Below the pieces are notes generated by a model, which was not told where the DNA came from, made no database searches, and saw nothing but the letters and a program-made list of their open reading frames with translations. A stretch of 64,000 nt of DNA from Epiperipatus broadwayi (taxonomy: Eukaryota > Animalia > Onychophora), in the NCBI GenBank assembly GCA_028023455.1, contig JAQFVV010000003.1, positions 12,896,001 to 12,960,000 of the forward strand, read 5' to 3'. A program made the translations under genes and the position numbers. Below, piece by piece: positions 12,631 to 25,062 of the stretch (position 1 is its first letter; each line of letters begins with the position of its first letter).

Positions 12631-15600
12631 ATAAAACTTAGTAACTATCCACAATTATTTATATGATCTCATTTTATTTTGTAAGAAGGTTATGAAAAGG
12701 TTTTTGCCCTCTACTATGGATCATGTTTATTGAAAGAGATTCATTCATTTATTTACTATTATAAATTTATTTATTTTTTTCCCATTTAAAAAAAATTATA
12801 TAATAATATTATTTGTAAGTTTTCAGAGAAATATAACAGAATGCACAAATAAAAATAATTATATTCAAATGTTTATTGTTTGAAAAATGAGAAAATCATG
12901 ACATTTAAACATGAATATGACAAGCTGACTTTCTTATTGGAACCTTTAGCTTCCAAATCTATCACTTTATCGTTATGTTACTTGTTTTAAATGTAATATG
13001 AATATTGTAGAGGAATGAGTGAGTGCATATCTGATATTAAAAATGAATACAAAAATAAAAAAATTCAAATACTTTGTGGTAAATACTCAAAAAAAAAAAA
13101 AGATTTGTTAAAAGTTTGTTGTTTAACTCTTATCATGGACATTTACGGTATATGCTATTTTTTTTACATATTTTTAACTGCATGCTTTTATATCATTATT
13201 ATATATGAAATAAAAATGAAATAATGAAAGATATTAGTATTAAATAAAAATTTCTAATATTTTTAAATCAAATTTTTCAACTTTAATTCTTACTAATCAG
13301 ATTAAATATACATTAAATTCTTTTAAGGCTTAGAAATTATATAATATTTGAGGTTACGCTTATAATTTTTTTCCAAGTAACACATCCTACTAATGAAACC
13401 TGATGACTATTTTATTCATTTAATATACTGTATTAGTATTATATTATAATTTTTTTAAATTAATAAATAGTTTATTAAAATCAAAATTTTAAATAGTTCT
13501 ATTGTTATTTTGATTTTAAACAATTTAAATCTTGTTATCTTATATATAAATATAATTTAATGAATATAGTGTAACAGGGCTAGATTTAAACCCTGTTTCA
13601 AGAAGGGGAAATTAGCATAGATCTAGGTCAATATCTGAGTAAAAAAAAAATAGATGTATTTTTTATATATATATAAGTCTAGATGGGGATTTAAAAAGGT
13701 TAAAATAAACAGGAGAAGTGGGGGTATGTGTGCTCTTTTGTCTTATGGAAATGCATGGGTATATTTTGCTGTATGGAATAATATAGAAAACAAATATAAA
13801 AAAAAGAGAGAAAACAAAAAAAATAAAAATGCAGGTATAGGGATATATTTTTATTTTCAAAATGGAACGCCTTTAATTTTATTTTGGAGAGATTAAATGA
13901 AAAAAAATCTCAAAAAATAACTTGGTCTATATCTGAGGAATGTTCGTTGCCGAAGTTGTTTCCATTCATTAAAGAATTTCAGGCAAGCCAAAAATACAAA
14001 GGTGCTAAAAGCTTTTTGTTTTAAGGAATCCGGATTTGAGTGACAAAGGTGAAATAACAGAACTTTCTAGAAAAGGGGGGACTATAAAAAGAAATTTAAT
14101 AAGATTTAATTGATTTCTGATTCTAATGATTATTCTTGTTTGCAACTTGCTGTCGATAACTTAGCTGGTATTGTTTAAAATTATAGAAGATAATATTTAT
14201 TCGCTTTGTCCATAATGTTGTGGAAACAACTTTAGAAAAGAAATAAATTGAGGAAGTTGGAAATGGAAGAAAAGCTGAAAAGATCTTCGTCAAATATTGA
14301 GCAGGCTGGGGTAGAAGCGTAAGCGTGCTGGGCTTTACAATCCCATCCCACAAAGATACTAAAGTTGCTGCTGAGTCAATTCTATTAAAGGAAACCAATC
14401 ACTCCAAAGCAAAAAAACCAAACTCCAATAAAGTTAGCAAATGGAAAACCAATCAAGTAGATCGGACCGCCGCAATCACAAACTTTCATGGCCATCACAT
14501 CAAGGGCGATATATAATGAAAAGAAAAAGATTTTACCTTTAGTTTTCTCCAGAGAAGAAAAGAAATGCAGGTAATGTGCACATTTACCACCTATATTCGT
14601 TTAATATTTCAAATGTTAGTGCATTTTGAACTACACATAAACTTTCCGCATAAACATTATTAATTAACTCTTCTTCTGAACTTAAAGTGATTTTTTTTGT
14701 GTGTGTATATCCAGATGAATATGATATTATCTTTCTTTTTATTTGTATTTTCTATTGCATTTTATATATTTCTATGCAGTGTGCGTGTATGCATGCATTT
14801 CTCATCATTTTGAGCACAAAATAATCAGGTCATATAAATAGTATAGAAATAAAGGTATAAGATTAAAGTTAAATAAAACTTACGTATATTTGTGTTATTT
14901 CTTTGTTTTTGAGTTTTTTAGATTACTAGAATTTAAAGTTAATGTAATAACTATTCCATTGAAGAAAATGTGTCTCATATAGTGTAATCCCCATATATTT
15001 CCCACGATTAAATAATCACCCACCCCGAGTGAGCAAACTAGAGGCTACTATCTTATAATTCTCCATATTGGTATTCCAGCTCTCCCAGCATAATTCTTAT
15101 ATTCATATAAGATTGGCATTTGAGGTCATAAAGTGATGCTCATAAATATGCTGGGCGAGAAATAGCGATTCGCCAAATGTTTTAATCTAACTTTTTTTTT
15201 TTGTTGTTTGTTGAATTCTTACAATCCAAAAAGGGAATTGTGTTATACTAGCAGTCAATGCATTAATCCAATGATGAATGCATAGTTATTTATCATAATC
15301 ACACCGAAATATGGATTCCCATAAAAAAATATGGTATAAAAATAATCTATATACGTGTATCGTTATATATATATACGATCTTATAGATAGATAACGGCAA
15401 TTCCGTTAGAATAGTATTCATAGATAATTTGACCAAGAAAAATTCCAGTGCCCTTCATTATCTCTTCAAGATGTTTACATTATTTTCAGCAATTACCAAT
15501 TTAAAAACTAGTAAATAAAATTTTGCAAACAACAACAATAATTGATTAAAAACTGCCCATTTATGTGATAGGTAATAATCAAAATATAAGTTTTCTATTA

Positions 15601-15799
15601 TATAAAAATTATTTTTACTGATAATCCCAATAACCATTATTCAAAATTGACACATTAATTCTCCCTTCCTCTTTCAAGACAAATATATACCCCTAAAATG
15701 TAATCAGTTATTTAATTTACATATTATAGAGCTATATTTTATTATGAATGAGTACATTTAAGCTCTCTCTGCTGATTATATTTTATATATATATATTGT

Positions 15800-18700
15800 A
15801 ACAATACAGACCCACTGGGGTGATGGAATATTATCAACCCCTAGTCAAAATATAGAATTGAATATAAATATAAAATGGAATGAATATGGGGAGCATGAGA
15901 GATCAGCACAGACACTGTTTAAGTATAAGTTCACCAGTATTACACAACAGCAATAATCATTCATCATGGTGAATGATCAACAATAAAAATAAATCAACAG
16001 TCAATCTTGTGTCTGGATTTGAAATGAGTCTACTATAGAATAGGCTAGTTATTTAGCCTTTACCAGCTTGGGACAGATTATTTAAATATTAATTTGGATG
16101 CACAAACTTAAGTGTTAAACCACCAGAATATATAGCAAAAAAAAAAAAAACATATATTGATTATCATCAATTCTCTGGACACTTTACCATTAATGTACTG
16201 ATCAACTATAAATTTAATTTCTAATAAATACTAAACTAAATAAAATATAGTGCATGGACTTTAAAGGATATTCTATTTGCGCCAATCCAGTATCATCATC
16301 AACTGGATGTCCATAACTATTGAATATAAATTCCTTTTTAGATAAGAGACCATTATGCATGAATCTAGATCTGGAACAAAAGTTCTATAACTTATTATGA
16401 ACAGATATAATACAATACATAATAATTTATAATATTTTAGGATTAAATAAATTCACTGGAATAACTTTAAACAATGAAATATAAATTTATTAATAACAAT
16501 TAAATTAAGATCTGCTGAATATGGCTATACATTTAAATTAAGCCCTCTGTTTTTGATTAATACCAAAAAGAAATCCACATTGTAATTTAAATATATGTTT
16601 CAGTAGGTTTACATGAAACACACTTATATATAAGCACACAGACATGCAGTATAATAATTTATGAAAATGCGTCTATATAAGCTTACAGATGTGCCATAAC
16701 ATATGGGAATGGTCATATAATAATAAAAAAATAAGATATCACATTTTAATGATACATAAATAATGACTGATTTACACATATGTATGTATACCCATGGAAA
16801 TGTGTGTGCCGTCTATCATATGATATTTTAATTTGCCAAAATAATAAAATTAAAAATATATTTTTTACAATTAATTTCATGTTGAAAGTATTACACATAC
16901 ATGTGTATATATAAAAAATAATATGAATCAGTTATTAATTCATTGGTAAACAAATAAAAAGTTTTTCTTTTTTCCTTTTTATTTTTTAAAAAAAGTAATA
17001 TTAATTATTTGACAGTCCTTCATAAAAGTTTTTTTTTTATACAAAAAAAAAGTAATATATCTTTGACAGGTTACTGTTGATTAATTATAAACATCTTTTA
17101 AAAAATATTCCAGCAAGTTTTTTTGTCTCCCCAATCTAGAAAGGTTTTTGTAGCTTTCTTTTGTTAATAAAATATACTGGAATAAATTATTTAAAATAAT
17201 TCACCTGGTGTACTTTATATATATATGATGCAGTGCTTTTATCTGTGTTTTTCTACATATAAATAAAACAGTATACAAATAAACATTCTTCAGCAAATTG
17301 ATAGACTCTCTAGGTAATCTGGTCCCTTCTAAAGTAGACTGACTTATTGTCATCATTGGAAAGGTATGATCCAATAACAAATGGCATTCAATCAGTTCCA
17401 TTTAGTCTAGAATTGGATAGACTTCAGGCATTTCTAATACAATATCGGCTCTGGAGAACAAAAAAGTTAGGTCTTGCTTCCATGTGAATCCAAACTACCA
17501 TTGTTGCACTAGTAGCAGCAGCTGGGTTTAATATCTTGCCTTCAGTTATATCTTCATAGTAGTTCTCTAAAAAAAAAACTTCCTAATCTTTTTAGTCAGG
17601 GTTGAATTAAAAAAATACAATAATTAAAAATGTTTTCCCTATCTTGTGGAACGGGTTCACCTCTTTTCTCTATTTTGCTGGAAGTACTCGTCTTTATGCG
17701 AGTATGAGTGTATATATCTATATACGCGTGTGAACAAAAAAAAACAATCAAATGCAAATCGTATTATTATCTGTTTTATAAAATGCGATCTTTATATTAT
17801 CACTTTGATTTTAGGATATCCTATGCAGATATAATTACCTTCGATATTACACAACAGTATATTTATGGACGTCTAAATAAACACTCCAAGCACCAATCTC
17901 ACCCGTAAGTAAGAATTATATTGGGTAATATGAAGTATATAATACGATGATAAAATGACCTGGCCTTCGGCTAGCTTTCTCAGGGCGTGCAGTAAAATTA
18001 CTGGGAGTAGGTCTAATCTATTTTAATCCAATCAAAAAAAAAAAGAACTAAAAAAAAAAAACAATTCATCATTTAATACATATTTATTTATACTAATATT
18101 TACGTAAATTAGCGCAGACATGCGATATTCTTTAAACTCATTTTAAAATACATTTATGATTGACATATTGTACCAATAGATTATTGATCTTCCTCTTTTT
18201 CTTTTTTATAACTTATTATTTTGTGCTTCTAGATTTTGTTTCCCTTCTTTGTTAGTTTACCTTTTTTTTTATTCACCCCACCCCCCCACACACACACAAA
18301 CACACTATAACATGTATATTACAAGAGTTTAATCATGGAAGGATTGATATGATAATAATAATACATAGATTAATTTAAAACTTTCTATGCAAGTAAAAAA
18401 AAGTCATAATTAGGTCAACCAACAGTTTTTCTGGATTACGTGGAGTTTAATTCATTAAGCTTACTAGTAAGTCATACATATATGTGCAAACAGAAAAAGT
18501 ACCTGTGTTTCCCCGGGGAATAGATTGAATCCACCTATGAAAGACAATCTCCAGTTCTTGGACGATGAACTGAATTTTTGAAGTTTGGATTCCACTTGGC
18601 TGAATTTTATTTATTTATTTTGTTTCTTTTGACAAATATGATGATGATCCAACATTATTTATTGAGGCGATCTTTCAGGCTTTACATCTCTTCTCAGATA

Positions 18701-21700
18701 CTGGCAGCTACTATACATTCAGGGGAGGGATTTGGACACCCCGCATGTTGAAGTTTTTACCTCAGTATAACCATATTTCACCAATATATAATGCTGATCT
18801 CTGGATTATTTTATATATATAAATCTAATAAGCCTGCTTTCTTCACGACCCAAAAACTTATATATATATTTTAAAATTTCTCTTTTTTTTTAAATCAGGA
18901 ATTGCCAACTCCGCCCCTTCTCTTAATTCTTTCTCTTTCTTTTCATTCATTTTTTTTTCATTTCCATTAACATTCCATGTGTCTTCATTGGAATGCACTG
19001 TAAAAGCTTTTTACACCTTTTTTTTTTTTTAAATTAGTAGAACTCAACATTTCAAGGTTTTGCAAAAGTCACTTATTGTTCTATAGATCAATAGGTCTTC
19101 CATCTTGATATTTATAATTCTTTCTTCGACTTTTAATATTTTTTTAAAAGTTTATCAAACAAAATGTTTTCATTTTTATCCTATGAATTTTTCTGTTCCA
19201 TTGATTTAAATACACTCATACATATACATAGCAATGTGTATAGCTGGGTTTGGCAAAAGAAAAAAAATCAGAGCATGTGAATACCCCCCATACCTCTCTT
19301 TTATGAGCTTTCTTCATTAAAAAAAAATCTATAATACAATACAACTATATAAAATTGTTGATTATAAATCGACTTGTAAATTTTTAGTTTTGTTAGTAAT
19401 ATGTTCTATAATGCATAAATATATAACTACATATTTCTCTATTTAATGCAACAGGGTTTGATTATACCTGCCCTGTTATACTTGATTGAAAAAAATTAAT
19501 GACCCTTTTTCAATTCATCTTACTTTCAAAAACAACTTTGTAGAATTATTAAAAGATGTTATACAAACATTAATTTATTAAAATATAGTGGAATTTTATA
19601 ATTACCAGTATATTTATTTTCTACTTTTCCTTTTAACTTTATATATATGTGCACACACATTATTATGTGGTTCCATGAAATATAACTGTCTCATAATCCA
19701 CCTCATGGGGAAAATAAAAATAATACACCCATCTAACAATATTTTACATAATATATATGCGTAATCAAAATAAAGTTCGTACCTCAAACTATATACTCAT
19801 CAATGTTTTTAAGAGATTTGACAGGCATCTGACAGCTAACAATGAATAATGATTTGCAATTCTGAGATAGATACAAAATTAAGCCACTGGATTATAAGTA
19901 CACAATGCACCATGAACACCAAAAGGGCTACCTCAATTTACATACTATAACCTACTACAATACTTGATATGACAAAAATATAAAAATCTTTGCAAACCCC
20001 TGCTCCTTTGAGTCTTAGGGGCTAGAAATTATGGAACTATGCCCTTGCTCCTTTTCTTGGAGACTTAGAAGCTGAGATCATGGCAGGATTATATTAACTG
20101 CACCATGATAATTAATAGGAAATCAGAAAATGGGTTAGATAGCACACTCCATGCAGTTGCATGCAAACATTGTATCATCAAGCCAATGATAAAATTATCT
20201 GTCATCAAAACTGAAAGTACAACAAACTCCAACAGTCAAAAACCCAATCCAATCTCCAAAATCAGATTTTCTATTCAACTCTGTATATGAACTTTTTAAA
20301 TATACATTAAAAAACTTATTTTATAATGTATAATCATCAATACTCTTAACACATATTTCACAGTAATACTTTAAAATTAATTCTGCATAAAATGTATACT
20401 TTTCCCCCTCAGATGTGGTTATATTGAGATCAAGTTGAGTACCAATTTTATAGTGATGGCCACTATACATGAATATCATTGGCCCACAATTGGGTAGCCA
20501 TTTGTAATGGTACAAATCAACAGGGGATGAACCTGGAGTGATGATAAATCATCATCATCCTCAACAAAATTTAAATAAATTATATATGAATCAATGAAAT
20601 GAGCATGAGAGATCAACACCAACACTATAAATAAGTATACATTTGCCAGCATTATACAAAAGCAATAATCGTTCATCATTATGAATGATCAACAATAAAA
20701 ATAAATCAACAATCAATCTTATGACTAGAATTGAAATGGGCCTACTATAGATCAGGCTAATTATTTAGCCCTTGCTAGCTTGCGGCAGATTACTTGGACA
20801 ATAATTTGGATGTACAAACCCAAGTGCCAATTCATAGGAATATAACAAATTTTAAAAAATGCTGGGATACTAAAATATGCTGATCATCATTATTGCTTTG
20901 GCCATTTAGTACCATTAATGTACTGGCCAACTATAAACTTAATTTCTAGTAAATAAACTAAATAAAATGTAGTGCAACGGACTTTAAAGGATATCCCCTT
21001 TGCGCCAATCCAGGATCAACTGGATGTCCATAAATACTGAATATAAATCTTTTTATATAACAGACCATTATGCATGAATTTAGCTCAGGAACAAGAGCTT
21101 TATAACTTACTGTGAGCAAGAGATATAATCCTAATATATAATAATTTGTAATATTTTAAATCTATTCAGAATTGAGTTAATTCCCTGGAATAACTTTAAA
21201 CAATAAAATATAAATTTATTAAATTAAAATCTTCTGAATACAGGTATACATTTAAAATAAGTCCTCTGATTTTTATTAATACCAAAAAGAAATCCACTAT
21301 TACATCGTAATTTACATATGTATTCCAATAGGTTTATATAAAATATATATGTCAGCACATAGATGTGTGATATAATAATTTTTGAGCATATTTAAATTGT
21401 AATATAATAATAATAAATAAGATTAATTATAATATATATGTGTCTATCTGATACACATCTATATAAGCATATAGATATGCTATAACATATAGGAGTTGTC
21501 ATATAATAATAAAATAAGTTATCACATTTTAATGGTATATAAATAATGACTGTTTTCACATATACTAATGTTTATATCATATGATATTTTAATTTGTGAA
21601 AATAATACACTTACAAAAAATATAATTTTCACAATTAATTCCATGTTGAAAATATATATAGAATTCACACATGGAGAAGTGCTCAGATGTGCTATATAAT

Positions 21701-23115
21701 AATTTAAAAATAATATGAATCAGTTACTAATTCATTCATTAACTAACGATAAACAAAAAAGTGTTTTTTTTTAAACAAAAATATTAATTTTTTGATGATC
21801 CTTCATAAAAGTTTTCTTTCTCTTTTTTAACAAAAAAAGTAATATCACATCTTTGATAGGTTACTCTTGATTAATTATAAATGTCTTTTCAAAAAATACT
21901 CCAAGTTTTTTTGCCTCCCCCCCCAATCTAGAAAGATTTTTGGAGTTTTTCTTTATTAATAAAATATACTGGAAACGTCTTACTTTTTGTTGAATATTAT
22001 TTACTTAAAAAAAAATTGTAATTTAAAAAATTACAACTGTCATTTTTATAAAGAAATTGTTTAAAATAACTCATCAGCTGTTTTATATATATATGGCATG
22101 GTATCTTTATTTGTGCATTTCTGCATATAGATAAAGCATTATATATATATATAAACTAATTCTTCAGTAACCTGATAGACTCTCTGGGTAAGCTGGTCCC
22201 TTCTAGCAGTAGGCTGGCTTATTGTTACCATCGGGATAGATATAATCCAGTAACTAATGGCATTCAATCAGTTCCATTTAGTCTAGAATTGGATAGACTT
22301 CAGGCATAATGTCTAATACTAGTATGGGCTATGAAGAACACAGAAAAGCAGGGTCTTGCTTCCATATGAATTCAAATTCTACCATTGTTGCACTAGTTGC
22401 AGCAGCTGGTTCCCTTGCTTTCTTTTATATCTTCATGGTAGTTCTCTATAACTCTAAAACTAAAAAAACTCTCCCTAATCTTTTTTTTCCAATCTTATTG
22501 TAGTCATGGTGTAATTTAAAAAATTTCTTAAATAAAATTAAGTTTTAGCCTATCTTGATTATAAAAAGTTAATTACTCATTTTTAATTCGCCTTACTTTC
22601 AAAAACAACTTTGTAGATTTTTATCAAAATATGTTATACAAACATTAATTTAAAAAATTTACTAATCAAAATAGTGGAAATTTATAATTATCAATATATC
22701 TATTGTAACATAAAAACATGCTTGTTTCAATTTCAAAATCAGAATTAATAAAATATTAATTAGATGTTTTTAAATGTTTAATTTATAATAAAAAAAATTT
22801 TTCATTCAAAATTATTTAATCCTTAACTGTTATTCCAGGGTAATATAGAAAATATCTACAAAACTTTTTTGTCTGTGTTTATTTCTACTTTTCCTTTCAA
22901 CTTTATATATATATGCCCACACATTACTATGTGGTTGTATGCCATGAGACACATAACTGTCTCAATATATGTATAATTGAACTGATGAGATTTATATAAA
23001 ATGGAATTAACTAAGTTCCTTCTTGATTAGAATATATTTGTGTATGTATGTTCTTATTACTTGTGTAATGATGGAATTCTTAAAGTAAATAACACCATCT
23101 TTACAATATTTATTA
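15800..23115. repeat. Old direct tandem duplication: copy 1 about 15800-19750 (interrupted by a ~1.85-kb insertion at ~17648-19480), copy 2 about 20520-23115
   Basis: Colinear shared blocks, e.g. gagcatgagagatca (15891/20601), caactggatgtccataa (16300/21017), ggcattcaatcagttccatttagtctagaattggatagacttcaggcat (17383/22259), cttactttcaaaaacaactttgtaga (19519/22591). Confidence 0.9.
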
Positions 23116-24368
23116 TAATGGTACAAGGTATATATATTAATATATGAATTCAGTTAAATAAATCCTGTTATGGGGATTGTGTATGTTATACATGTATTAA
23201 GTGTAGCCATGTGCTTCGCTAAATATTAATAGATTATAATCATATTCAGATGATTTAAGATCAGTTACCTGTTATAGTAATAGAAGTCTAGGAAATCTAA
23301 TATTTTTATATAATATTTGTTATATAATACAAAAAACTCCAGTAGGTGCATTGAATTTACCTCCTTTCATTAGTCACATCATAAAAAACTCACATATTTC
23401 AAATTTCAAGCTAATTCAGTATTCATACAAAGAGTCAATGAAAGAATTTAAATTTTAGTTGTATAATATTAATATTAAATTTTACTACTGGAATAAATTC
23501 TGCTGAAACCATTTATTGTTCACCTGGCTTATGCGTATCTTATATAATGAGAATTCTGCACAAATGTTCATGCTATATAGCTCATAAATAAGAACAAAGG
23601 AAGATAAACAGATTCTAAAAGAAAATTTATTGAACATAAGCAAACAAATAAATATAAAATTACTAATCTTTATTAAACATAAATTATAAGCCTTCTCAGT
23701 GCATTAACTGGATTCCACTATGTGTGTTCTAATGTTGTATAGGATAGGACATGCAGAGGCCTGTAGAATTTTATTATTAACTTCATTATAGATATAAATA
23801 ATTTCAAAATTAAAATAATTATTTAATATTATTTTACTTGACTTCATTATTATGTGATATTCTATTTCTTTCATTACATAATAATAATCAAGAAAATTTA
23901 TCATTATTCTTTAATAAGAAAGTATATGTGTTAATATTAATAAATAATATTTTGTACATTCATTAGTGTGTGACAAATTAATATTTATATATAAATAATT
24001 ATTCATATAACTCAACTTTTATAATGTTGAAAAGTGATTTTATAACTTATTTGTTGCCTTGTAAATATTTCAAATGCATTGCATTCTACAAAAAAAAAGT
24101 TCTCCCATTGTGTGTTATTTAAATAAAAAATATAAATACATTTTAATAGTATCAAATTGCCGGAGTATATTAATATTTAGAAGAGGAGTACACTTCATAT
24201 AACTATTTGTTACCAAATATATATAACTATATGCAAGTTTTTGATACTTGATATTTCTTATACATGAATACATAAATAATAATAAAAAAAATTATTATTG
24301 TATGATTTACATAATGTAATTTATGCACTACTACTATTTTTATTCAACAAAAATATATAACTTGTCAA

Positions 24369-24441
24369 GTGTTGGTAGCCGAGTGCTTAGCACAGCTGCC
24401 TTACAAGCAGTTGTCTCGGAGTTCACTTCCCGGCCAACGCT
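24369..24441 (+). pseudogene. tRNA-Gly(TCC)-derived pseudogene or SINE head inside a 93-bp insert (24364-24456); anticodon now reads TAC
   Basis: GTGTTGG...GCTGCCTTACAAGCAGTTG...TTCCCGGCCAACGC matches the metazoan tRNA-Gly(TCC) body as recalled. T-loop/B-box is degraded (GAGTTCACTTCC). 15-bp direct repeat aaaaatatataactt at 24349-24363 and 24457-24471. Confidence 0.85.
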
Positions 24442-24857
24442 TTGACATATGAAGAAAAAAATATATAACTTTCAATGGATTTATTCTTTCCACTATATAG
24501 GATTGATTCATTTTAACTAATCAATACAGAATAGAATTTATACTTATTATCAAATATGAAAAACTATAACAGAACAAAACAAATTAAATAGTTCGAGTAT
24601 ACTTTCGACACATAAGCATCATATTCATGGTTAGTGTACTATGTCTATTTAATTTGTTTTTTTTTTTTTGTTATAGTATTATTCATATTACTAATAATGG
24701 CAGAGTATCAAAGTTTTATTATTAATATCTATGCGTAAGGCTAGTTTAATCTTTCACACATAAAAAAATATTTAAATATTATCAATAAATAAGAAATATA
24801 TTGAAAATACTGTAGCATTTAATAATTAAATTTGTGAAGGGCATACTCATTATGTAA

Positions 24858-25062
24858 AGTAGTATATATTAAGGCTATAATCCTAAGACCATACGCCTGA
24901 AAAACGGCAGTAGGGACCTCTACAAATCTTAACACAAGATTTATTTAAAAGACGACTGCCTCTCTTGTCTTTTAAATAAATCTTGTGTTAAGATTTGTAG
25001 AGGTTCCTACTGTTGTTTTTCAGGCACATGGTTTTAAGGTTATAGCCTTGATATATATTACT
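24858..25062. repeat. Foldback hairpin or MITE-like element, arms about 96 bp, loop 13 nt
   Basis: 24858-24953 is the reverse complement of 24967-25062. The inner stretch cctctacaaatcttaacacaagatttatttaaaagac is perfectly paired. Confidence 0.92.

Noticed and set aside
16270-16380. YGHPVDDDTGL resembling the GHP motif of mononegavirus L proteins
   Set aside because: Only a few residues match, the downstream translation does not continue the resemblance, and copy 2 is frameshifted there.
17955-18010. CTGAGAA...GAAG...GTC on the minus strand as a hammerhead
   Set aside because: The core is not CTGANGA/GAAA and stem I cannot form.
22160-22310. YCYHRDRYNPVTNGIQSVPF resembling a hemocyanin/phenoloxidase segment
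   Set aside because: Similarity is weak and no other copper-binding motifs are present.
22982-23020. Other CTGATGA hits (1275, 22982, 43757 and several minus-strand ones) as hammerheads
   Set aside because: None is followed by a paired stem II plus GAAA and a matching stem I.
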